Shown one piece after another: positions 1 through 7,003 of a stretch of DNA of 9,339 nucleotides. Made by a program: the position numbers and the translations under genes. This DNA is from Promethearchaeia archaeon (GTDB lineage Archaea; Asgardarchaeota; Lokiarchaeia; Sigyniarchaeales; SOKP01): the NCBI GenBank assembly GCA_046497275.1, contig JAWOFX010000094.1:1-9339 (forward strand), in the 5' to 3' direction. The notes under the pieces were generated by a model, which saw only the letters and a program-made list of their open reading frames with translations, searched no databases and had not been told where the DNA came from. How positions within the stretch are numbered: position 1 is the first letter of the stretch; the number at the start of each line of letters is the position of its first letter.

Positions 1-53
1 ATTAATTTTTAAAAATCCAATACTCATGATAAAGACTTTTAGAATTCTTTTTT

Positions 54-68
54 AAAAATATTTATAAG
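54..68 (+). promoter_or_regulatory. Candidate archaeal BRE/TATA promoter of the M23-like gene
   Basis: AAAAATA-TTTATAAG; the TATA-like element starts 31 nt before the ATG at 92, compatible with a short-leader or leaderless transcript. Confidence 0.45.
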
Positions 69-91
69 TTTGCTAATAAACATCTATATCC

Positions 92-733
92 ATGAAAAAA
101 AAGTTAATAATATTGCTCATTTTTTCAATAATTATTGTTTTAGGTCTAAGTGGTGTCATTTATTTTCTTTATAATGGGGGTTTTTTCTTTAATCCAGGAG
201 ACCGTTATGAATGGAGCAAATTGGATTATATGGATGTTATTTATGAAAATAGATCAGATATAAGAGCATGGAATCAAGCTTATAGTGAAACAGAAGATTG
301 TCCATGGGGATTCATTCATAATGGGCTTGATTTCGCATTTAGAAATGAATCGAATGTAATCGCAGCCGCACCAGGTCAAGTTCAAGAAATAGAAAAACAT
401 GATTATGAAGGCCCAAATAAATACCATGTAAGGATTTGGATAAGATTTAATAGGCAAATAAGGTTGGGGTATAATTTCGAGCCCTGGACAGATAAAGAGA
501 GTGAGAGAGAAAAACAGATTGAGATGTTTCAAGTAGAAATAGGAGAATGGATTTCTCAAGGACAAGTTATTGCAAAATTTCTTGAATGTAATGAATCTGC
601 GCATATCCATTTTGATGTTATAGAAAATCATAATCGATATTGTCCCTCAAAATATTTCTCAACAGAGGGATATGTGGAAATAATGGAATTAATTCAATCT
701 TTTCATCCAACTTGGCAGCTTTGTTATCTTTAG
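92..733 (+). CDS. Membrane-anchored/secreted M23-family (LytM-like) metallopeptidase-like protein, divergent
   Basis: 213 aa. N-terminal KKK plus hydrophobic stretch (aa 5-26). M23 zinc motifs HxxxD (H76-NGL-D80) and HxH (H171-I-H173), plus family scaffold motifs VIAAAPGQV and VEIGEWISQGQVI. Confidence 0.75.
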   Translation: MKKKLIILLIFSIIIVLGLSGVIYFLYNGGFFFNPGDRYEWSKLDYMDVIYENRSDIRAWNQAYSETEDCPWGFIHNGLDFAFRNESNVIAAAPGQVQEIEKHDYEGPNKYHVRIWIRFNRQIRLGYNFEPWTDKESEREKQIEMFQVEIGEWISQGQVIAKFLECNESAHIHFDVIENHNRYCPSKYFSTEGYVEIMELIQSFHPTWQLCYL

Positions 734-734
734 C

Positions 735-752
735 TCTTTTTTACTTCTAATT
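735..752 (+). terminator. Oligo-T terminator candidate after the M23-like gene
   Basis: T6 at 737-742 in a pyrimidine-rich run directly after the stop codon, matching archaeal oligo-U termination. Confidence 0.4.
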
Positions 753-782
753 CTTCAACTTAAATTAAAAAGAAAATTAAAG

Positions 783-800
783 AAAAGATATCATTATAAA
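783..800 (+). promoter_or_regulatory. Candidate BRE/TATA promoter of the UroD-fold gene
   Basis: AAAAGATATC-ATTATAAA, about 50 nt upstream of the ATG at 851. Confidence 0.35.
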
Positions 801-850
801 CAATTGAGTTAAAATATAGAAATTAGAGATTAATTTTTATAGAGTTAAAG

Positions 851-2029
851 ATGATGAATAGTCGCGAGAGAATTATAACAGCATTAGATTGTAAAGAACC
901 TGATAGAGTTCCGTGTCATGCAATATTAATTGATGCAAATAATGTTGACAAAATATTAGGAAAACCACAAATGTCTGATTTTGATGTGGTTGATCAAGTA
1001 AAAGAAAATAATCCTGATAATTGGGCTGAAGAATTGACAAATCTAGTTGAAAGTGTGGAAACACAAGTATTTTCTAGATGTGTTGAAGCTGCAGTTGAAA
1101 TAGGATTGGATTGTATGCAAGTTGGAATTATCCCACTTTATTTTATTGACGATCCTAATGACGATCGTTTATTGATGAAGGATATTTTCGGACGAGTTTG
1201 GGAAGCCCGTAATAACGAGGGGAATTTTAATCCATATTATTTGTATGGAACTATGAATGATAAAGAAAAATGGGAACAAATAAAGCATGAATTGCAGGGT
1301 CCACTTAAAGAAAAATATAAGAAATTTGTAAAAAAATTTTATAGGAGAATTAATAAGAAATTTAAGGATAAAATTTGCGTCGCAGTTACTAATGATCTAG
1401 CAGGTGTGTTTGAGAGTGCTTCTCAAGGTATGGGCATGACCTATTATGCGAGAATGATTCATAAAAACCCCAATTTCATTAAAGAAGTTCATGATGCATA
1501 TGCTGAATTCACTGCTGAGTTATATAAAAGTTATATGGAAGTAGGTGCGGAAGTATTTATTGAATCTGGAGACTTAGCATATAAGACGGGTCCAATGATG
1601 AGTCCTAAACAATTCAATAATTTATTATTACCTGCATATCAAAAAATTACAGAAACTGTCCATGAAAAGGGTGGAAAGATTATACTGCATTCTGACGGAC
1701 AAATAACTCCTCTATTAGATTTTGTTATTGATTGTGGATTTGATGGATTACATAGTTTAGAACCTACGGCAGGAGTTGAAATATCTATGGTTAAAAAGAA
1801 AGTTAGAGATAAATTATGTTTAGTGGGTAATATTGATGTCGCACATACATTAGTTAAGGGTACTAAAAAAGAGGTATTTTCAGAAGTTAAACAAGCAATA
1901 AAAGATGGAGGAGTAGGAGGTGGGTTGATTATTTCTGCCGCAAATATGCATCCAGATGTTAATGTAAAGAATTTGAAGTGGATGATTGAAGCAACTAAGA
2001 AATACGGAACATATCCATTAGAGATTTAA
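851..2029 (+). CDS. Uroporphyrinogen decarboxylase (UroD/MtaA-CmuA) fold family protein, substrate unknown
   Basis: 392 aa. N-terminal MNSRERIITAL..EPDRVP signature and internal GDLAYKTGPMMSP, ILHSDG, LEP and GNID motifs typical of UroD-like proteins of anaerobes. No MRQAGR motif of true HemE. Confidence 0.85.
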   Translation: MMNSRERIITALDCKEPDRVPCHAILIDANNVDKILGKPQMSDFDVVDQVKENNPDNWAEELTNLVESVETQVFSRCVEAAVEIGLDCMQVGIIPLYFIDDPNDDRLLMKDIFGRVWEARNNEGNFNPYYLYGTMNDKEKWEQIKHELQGPLKEKYKKFVKKFYRRINKKFKDKICVAVTNDLAGVFESASQGMGMTYYARMIHKNPNFIKEVHDAYAEFTAELYKSYMEVGAEVFIESGDLAYKTGPMMSPKQFNNLLLPAYQKITETVHEKGGKIILHSDGQITPLLDFVIDCGFDGLHSLEPTAGVEISMVKKKVRDKLCLVGNIDVAHTLVKGTKKEVFSEVKQAIKDGGVGGGLIISAANMHPDVNVKNLKWMIEATKKYGTYPLEI

Positions 2030-2032
2030 CCT

Positions 2033-2404
2033 TTAGCTTGGTTTCCACGCAAAAAAAGCTATCTCATTCATAAATATATACCAAAGTACCATAAAGGTGA
2101 TAATTATTATTACCGTAGCTAAACCAAAACCTTTCACACCTTTAGGAATCCCGAGATCTTCATTTTTCCTTTGAACAATTGCTCTTACTGTTGCGACATA
2201 ATAAATTACAGATATAAGCAAACAAACTATCCATAAAAACAAAATGAATAAACTCAAAGTATAAATAGGATCTCCATTTAGAGTCAAACTATTTAACCAA
2301 CTCCAGAAAGTGACGATCAAGTATGTAGGAATTACACTAAATATTATTCCAGATAATATAAATACAACACTCCACGCAAAACCTTTCCAAACCATGTTTT
2401 TCAC
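2033..2404 (-). CDS. Small hypothetical membrane protein (3 predicted TM helices)
   Basis: 123-aa ORF from GTG at 2404; the in-frame ATG at 2395, preceded by AGTGA, may be the real start. Three hydrophobic segments and a basic loop (RAIVQRKNEDLGIPKGVKG). Has its own promoter-like motif upstream. Confidence 0.75.
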   Translation of the reverse strand: MKNMVWKGFAWSVVFILSGIIFSVIPTYLIVTFWSWLNSLTLNGDPIYTLSLFILFLWIVCLLISVIYYVATVRAIVQRKNEDLGIPKGVKGFGLATVIIIITFMVLWYIFMNEIAFFAWKPS

Positions 2405-2460
2405 TGAACTCTATATTATTGTATTTTGATTAATATGTTATTGTTATTTATATTTTCTAT

Positions 2461-2476
2461 TATTTAAAAGATCTTT
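2461..2476 (-). promoter_or_regulatory. Candidate BRE/TATA promoter of the small membrane protein gene
   Basis: Minus strand reads AAAGATC-TTTTAAATA, nearly identical to the motif upstream of the MFS gene. Confidence 0.5.
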
Positions 2477-2562
2477 ATCAATATTTTTTAATTTTAAGAA
2501 CAATCGAACAAGTTATTTTTTTAGAAGAAAAGTAATAATATTCTTATTTTAATTAATCAATT

Positions 2563-2575
2563 AAAAAAAAAGAAA
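2563..2575 (-). terminator. Oligo-T terminator candidate after the hydrolase gene
   Basis: A9 at 2563-2571 on the plus strand (T9 on minus), 16-24 nt past the stop codon. Confidence 0.5.
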
Positions 2576-2586
2576 TTAGTTATGAA

Positions 2587-4278
2587 TTAGGTAAATATTG
2601 ATAAGAGTCCAAGAAAACCTTGATACGGGGCGAGTGTACTAACTATCATTACAAATAATATGGCAGCAATTAATGTTCCCGCTATGATATTCCCTGTTTT
2701 CTCATATGTATAGACTGATACGCCCGCAATTAATAAGTTAAGACAAATAGCAACAGGCATAGTTGTTCCAAAAAAGAAAAAGCTTCTCGTTAATACACCT
2801 AATAATAAGAGAAAGAATGTCATGAAACTCAACAGAACCGAAAAATGTATAAGAGTTGCTTTCATCGTACCTTTTTTAGTCCACGGAATCTTAGGTCGAA
2901 TAACAAATTGAAAGAAGATACCAAATACCAGAAACATTAGAAATGTTATGATAAAGTAGATAGTAACAGCCCATGCTTTTGTTATAGAAGGAATCATTCC
3001 TATATAATTCAATCCTATCGATGAATACAAAATCAAGTATAGTATTGTAATTAGAATGAAGCCGTATACAACAGATTTTCCTAGATCCTTGATTGAACGA
3101 GTGAAAGGGGTTTTTAGTATCTGTAAGAGTGATAAATCATTCTTTTTAGCTAATCTCCAAAGTAGAATTAATATTCCAAAAATTTGTCCAAAAAGGAGAC
3201 TCAGAAAGAAACTTTCAATAGCTAATGGAAGAGGTATAAATATCCAAATGATAATCAGCATTCCCACGATTGATAACGGAATTGAATAAAGTAAAGAAGT
3301 GATAGCTAATTTGTTAGCGGAAATCTCTCTGATTTCGACTTTTAGACTTTCTTCTGGATTTTCTTGTTTATGTTTTAGAAGTCGTGAAATAGGGTCAATT
3401 AGCATAATAAATAGCCCGATCCCTCCAACTATTTGAACAACTAAGATAAAAAGTCTAAGATTGCCGTAGAAATTCTCATCTGGAGTATTAGTCTCTGGAA
3501 AAGTGTTTATTATCCAATCACGTGCCTGTCTTGTGAAATCTACATCCCAAGCAACAGCTAGATGATTACTATTATCATCTAAGTATATCTGTGTGGCGTT
3601 TCCAGTTTCAAATGAGCCATATAATTGGTTTGAATCAATTAATGAAAGACTTAGACCTGTTCTCAGCGCAACTGATTCTTTTAAATCACTTAATTCTTGG
3701 ACTTCATCAAATTTTGCTTTAATCATTAGTACATTTAAGGGATCCGTTGAATTTCCCTTTCGAATATTACCTAATCCTGTACCAACTCCAATAAAGGCTT
3801 TAAAATTTGTACTCTGATTAACTATTATATTTCCAGGCCCTCCACCCATACTATATCCAATATATGCGAGATTATTCATATCTATGTCAGTACGAGTACT
3901 TAAATATCCAATTACAGCTTCTACATCACTAACAAGATTTCCTCTCTCTAAGCTCCCAGTACTCTGTCCATGACCTCGAAAATCAAGAGGAACAGCTACG
4001 AATCCTGCTGCAGCTAATTCAAGAGCATATCCTTTCATGAATTCTTTATTTGCTTCGAACCCATGTCCTATAATAACTGCTTTTTTGTTTGGTTCTGGGC
4101 TTACCCGTGGTTCAAACACATTGAATGATATTGTAACCCCATCGCTTGTTTGTACAGAAAGATTATATGATGATTTCACACTAAAGGGTGTTATAAAAAT
4201 AAAGATAGTTCCTAGTACAAACAATACGAAAAAAACAGTTATTAGAATAATTTTTTTATTTTTAATATCCATTTTCAT
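2587..4278 (-). CDS. Alpha/beta-fold serine hydrolase with N-terminal anchor and C-terminal multi-pass membrane domain
   Basis: 563 aa. Oxyanion GHG (aa 71-73), DFRGHGQS, nucleophile elbow GYSMGG (S143), candidate acid D191 (AKFDEV) and His H239 (SNHLAV). Residues ~276-563 consist of about 8-9 hydrophobic helices. Confidence 0.85.
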   Translation of the reverse strand: MKMDIKNKKIILITVFFVLFVLGTIFIFITPFSVKSSYNLSVQTSDGVTISFNVFEPRVSPEPNKKAVIIGHGFEANKEFMKGYALELAAAGFVAVPLDFRGHGQSTGSLERGNLVSDVEAVIGYLSTRTDIDMNNLAYIGYSMGGGPGNIIVNQSTNFKAFIGVGTGLGNIRKGNSTDPLNVLMIKAKFDEVQELSDLKESVALRTGLSLSLIDSNQLYGSFETGNATQIYLDDNSNHLAVAWDVDFTRQARDWIINTFPETNTPDENFYGNLRLFILVVQIVGGIGLFIMLIDPISRLLKHKQENPEESLKVEIREISANKLAITSLLYSIPLSIVGMLIIIWIFIPLPLAIESFFLSLLFGQIFGILILLWRLAKKNDLSLLQILKTPFTRSIKDLGKSVVYGFILITILYLILYSSIGLNYIGMIPSITKAWAVTIYFIITFLMFLVFGIFFQFVIRPKIPWTKKGTMKATLIHFSVLLSFMTFFLLLLGVLTRSFFFFGTTMPVAICLNLLIAGVSVYTYEKTGNIIAGTLIAAILFVMIVSTLAPYQGFLGLLSIFT

Positions 4279-4320
4279 CCATTTTTAAGAGATTTGTAAT
4301 TATGGATATTTGTTTTTTAA

Positions 4321-4340
4321 ATTTATAAATATAATTTTTT
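4321..4340 (-). promoter_or_regulatory. Candidate BRE/TATA promoter of the hydrolase gene
   Basis: Minus strand reads AAAAAATTATA-TTTATAAAT, about 43 nt upstream of the ATG at 4278. Confidence 0.4.
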
Positions 4341-4398
4341 ATTATTATCCTTAAATAATAGGTCTCTTCATCACTTTCTAAAAGATTTTTATCTTTTC

Positions 4399-4412
4399 AA
4401 AGACTTTTAAAT
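4399..4412 (+). promoter_or_regulatory. Candidate BRE/TATA promoter of the MFS gene
   Basis: AAAGAC-TTTTAAAT ending 34 nt before the ATG at 4446. Confidence 0.55.
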
Positions 4413-4445
4413 CCTATAATATCAATAAATAAATTTAATGAAAAA

Positions 4446-5687
4446 ATGTCTGACGAGAAAAAAATAATTAATCGGTGGCTCGTTGTTGTTGGTGCAGTTT
4501 TGATACAATTAGCATTAGGATCCTTATACTCTTGGGGTCGTATGACGAAATATATCAGTAATGGTGGTTTTTTAACCCAAATATCTGAGGTTACTGCCTA
4601 CATTTTTGGGATTTCACTCGCTGCCTTTGCAATTACGATGATTTTTGCCGGAAAACTTCAACAAAAATACGGTCCCAGAAATATATCTCTATTAGGTGTG
4701 GTTTTCATCGGAGTTGGAACTATTTCATCTGCTTTTATGGAAGCTAACTTTTGGGGTCTATTTATAACCTATGGAATTCTCTATGGTATGGGTATTGGGT
4801 TTACTTATGTTTGCCCTATCGCAACCGCAACCGCATGGTTTCCCGACAAAAAGGGTTTGATTAGCGGAATCGCTGTGGCTGGGTTTGGAGCTGGATCTTT
4901 TATTTTTAATTTTTTAGTCGATTGGTTTGCTGCGATCAGTATCCCAATCATGTATCTCCTATTAGGGATCATATACGTGGTAATTATAAGTATTGGAGCA
5001 TTAACGATGATTAGACCTCCAGATGGGTGGCTACCTGAGGGATTTGTTCCTCCTAAAGTGACAGAAATTAGTTCAGAAGGCATGGTGGAATTCTCTCGTA
5101 AGGAAATGATAAACACTAAACAGTTTTGGTTATTATGGTTTTCTTACATGTTAGGATGTATGCCAGGATTGTTAGTGATTGGTACTTATACTGTATTTGC
5201 AGAAACCGCGGGAATAGATCCATTACTTAGTATATCTGTATTGTTAACTTTGGTTGGCAGTATCGCGGCTCTTTTTAATGGACTAGGCAGAATTTCTTGG
5301 GGTAAGGTGGCAGACATCTTTAATTATAAGAAAGCACTTATAATGCTTTTTGCTGTTCAAGCATTAGCTCTATTCTTATACTTTACAACTATTATCAATT
5401 ATGGTTATTATTTTGTAATAACTTGTGTTATATTTTTCTGTTTCGGTGGAAATTTAAGTCTTTATCCCACTGCAACAGCCGATTTATTCGGCAATAAAAA
5501 TTTAGGACAAAATTACGGAATAATGTTCACCGCCTATGGTGTCGCAGGATTTATCCAAGCAGTGGCCACTCAAAACATAGTTATTGCATTAGGGGGATAC
5601 TTGCCATTGTATATAATAGTTGGAGTTTTTACAATAGTATCATTAGTACTCGTTTTTCTTATCACTAATCCAAAGAAAAATGATTAA
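4446..5687 (+). CDS. MFS transporter, oxalate:formate antiporter (OFA)/monocarboxylate transporter-like family
   Basis: 413 aa with about 12 TM segments. OFA signatures NRWLVV.GAVLIQLALGSLYSW, WFPDKKGLISG, QFWLLW, FNGLGRISWG, YPTATADLFG and NYGIMFTAYG. Confidence 0.92.
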   Translation: MSDEKKIINRWLVVVGAVLIQLALGSLYSWGRMTKYISNGGFLTQISEVTAYIFGISLAAFAITMIFAGKLQQKYGPRNISLLGVVFIGVGTISSAFMEANFWGLFITYGILYGMGIGFTYVCPIATATAWFPDKKGLISGIAVAGFGAGSFIFNFLVDWFAAISIPIMYLLLGIIYVVIISIGALTMIRPPDGWLPEGFVPPKVTEISSEGMVEFSRKEMINTKQFWLLWFSYMLGCMPGLLVIGTYTVFAETAGIDPLLSISVLLTLVGSIAALFNGLGRISWGKVADIFNYKKALIMLFAVQALALFLYFTTIINYGYYFVITCVIFFCFGGNLSLYPTATADLFGNKNLGQNYGIMFTAYGVAGFIQAVATQNIVIALGGYLPLYIIVGVFTIVSLVLVFLITNPKKND

Positions 5688-5706
5688 ATCCATATAGAAC
5701 CTATAA

Positions 5707-5735
5707 TTTTCTTTTTTCTTTTACTTTTCTTTTTC
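5707..5735 (+). terminator. Multi-T-tract terminator after the MFS gene
   Basis: TTTTCTTTTTTCTTTTACTTTTCTTTTTC, 20 nt after the stop codon, in the gap between convergent genes. Confidence 0.6.
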
Positions 5736-5740
5736 AAATC

Positions 5741-6811
5741 TTATATTTTAGCTGGATTTTTTAAGAACGCTTCAATCAATCTAATTGTTTGCAATACATC
5801 CTCTAATTTCAATAAGGAAGTAGGAGAGTGTATATATCGACAAGGAACAGATACTACAGAGCTCGGAACACCACCTTTGGATAAATGAATTTTCCCCGCA
5901 TCAGTACCTCCGTATATAGGTTTCTTTACCTGGTAAGGGATATTTTCTATTTTACCATTCTCCATTAATCTCCTATTCACTTTGGGGCTTGATATCAATG
6001 ATTTGTCTGCAACAGTAATAGCTGGTCCCTTTCCTATGTATGCGGGACATTTTGAATCGGGTACTCCTGGTACATCTGCGGCAGTAGTATTTTCAATAGC
6101 TATAGCCATTGAAGGATCTAAGCTATATGCTGCGGGTTGCGCGCCACGTCCTCCAACCTCTTCCTGTACGGAAAAACTGAACACAACTGTTTCATTTAAT
6201 TTTTCCGATTCTTTTAATAATTTCATAATATGTAATAACACATTACAGCCCGTACGATCGTCAAACGCCTTTCCCCGGACCATTTCATTAGGAAATGATT
6301 CAAAGGGACTAAATAAAGTGCCCACACATCCAATATTTATATTATTATTTAGGACCTCTTTTTTTGAAAATAATCCTAGATCAATATATAATTTAGATGC
6401 TTCTATTATTTTCTTTCTTTCCTTTGCTGATGTTAAATGTGGTGGGTGGGTTCCAATTATCCCATGGTATATTTCATTTGTTTCAGACTTTAAAACCACT
6501 GATTGCCCCGGTAATATCCTCTCATCCCATCCACCTATTAAAACAAACCTAAGAAATCCTTTCTCCTCAACATGAGAAACCATAAACCCTATCTCATCCA
6601 TGTGAGCGTCGAGAAGGATTTTTTCCTCCTCATTTTTACCCTCTATTATAGCTAATACTGATCCTAAGTTATCTGTCCACACCTTATCAGCCAAATCTTC
6701 TTTTTGTATTTCTTCCAATAGAAAATCTCTCACATCATCTTCATAACCAGACACTCCCATTAGAGAAGATAATTTTTTTTCATATTCTTTAACATCATTA
6801 ATATTAATCAT
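5741..6811 (-). CDS. M42-family metallo-aminopeptidase (TET/FrvX-like)
   Basis: 356 aa with the full M42 dinuclear-site motifs AHMDEIG, GKAFDDRTG, VQEEVG, AIENT, GGTDAG and RYIHSP. Confidence 0.95.
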   Translation of the reverse strand: MININDVKEYEKKLSSLMGVSGYEDDVRDFLLEEIQKEDLADKVWTDNLGSVLAIIEGKNEEEKILLDAHMDEIGFMVSHVEEKGFLRFVLIGGWDERILPGQSVVLKSETNEIYHGIIGTHPPHLTSAKERKKIIEASKLYIDLGLFSKKEVLNNNINIGCVGTLFSPFESFPNEMVRGKAFDDRTGCNVLLHIMKLLKESEKLNETVVFSFSVQEEVGGRGAQPAAYSLDPSMAIAIENTTAADVPGVPDSKCPAYIGKGPAITVADKSLISSPKVNRRLMENGKIENIPYQVKKPIYGGTDAGKIHLSKGGVPSSVVSVPCRYIHSPTSLLKLEDVLQTIRLIEAFLKNPAKI

Positions 6812-6842
6812 TTTAATCTACTCTTTTCATTCTTCTAATAAA

Positions 6843-6856
6843 TAAATAAAGTTTTT
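6843..6856 (-). promoter_or_regulatory. Candidate BRE/TATA promoter of the M42 gene
   Basis: Minus strand reads AAAAAC-TTTATTTA, ending 32 nt before the ATG at 6811. Confidence 0.45.
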
Positions 6857-6907
6857 GATTATAGTTAAATCATATTTTAAATAAATAAAATAAATTACGA
6901 GTAACTT

Positions 6908-6971
6908 AAAAAAAAATAAACGAAACTAAATAATAAGATTTAATTAAACATTTATAAAAAATTAAGAAAAA
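6908..6971 (-). terminator. T-tract terminator candidates after the HerA-like gene
   Basis: Minus-strand T5 (6967-6971), T6 (6956-6961) and T9 (6908-6916) following a pyrimidine-rich run after the stop codon. Confidence 0.4.
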
Positions 6972-7003
6972 GTAAGATAATATAGGAGATAATGGAAGGA
7001 TTT

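Noticed and set aside
254-631. 125-aa minus-strand ORF, and likewise the short track ORFs at 873-1064, 3056-3289, 3593-3817, 4037-4288, 4805-5116, 7105-7323, 7323-7511, 7989-8237 and 8586-8813
   Set aside because: All overlap better-supported genes on the opposite strand and show no family motifs.
731-733. TAG stops (731-733 on +, 7004-7006 on -) as possible pyrrolysine read-through
   Set aside because: In-frame TAA follows within about 9-14 codons of low-complexity terminator-like sequence, and no pyl genes are present in the window.
851-2029. Calling the UroD-fold gene hemE or mtaA
   Set aside because: Lacks the HemE RQAGR motif and the MtaA H-x-C...C zinc ligands.
2044-2381. 11-bp direct repeat TCCACGCAAAA at 2044-2054 and 2371-2381 bracketing the small membrane gene
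   Set aside because: Both copies encode Phe-Ala-Trp in frame. Matches of this length are expected by chance in 9 kb, and there are no transposase or inverted ends to suggest a target-site duplication.
5982-6575. 197-aa plus-strand ORF
   Set aside because: Lies entirely antisense to the motif-complete M42 gene and has no recognisable motifs; a shadow ORF.
6840-6890. AAATAAATAAA repeats in the M42/ATPase intergenic region
   Set aside because: Low-complexity AT sequence without regular spacers; not a CRISPR array or iteron set.
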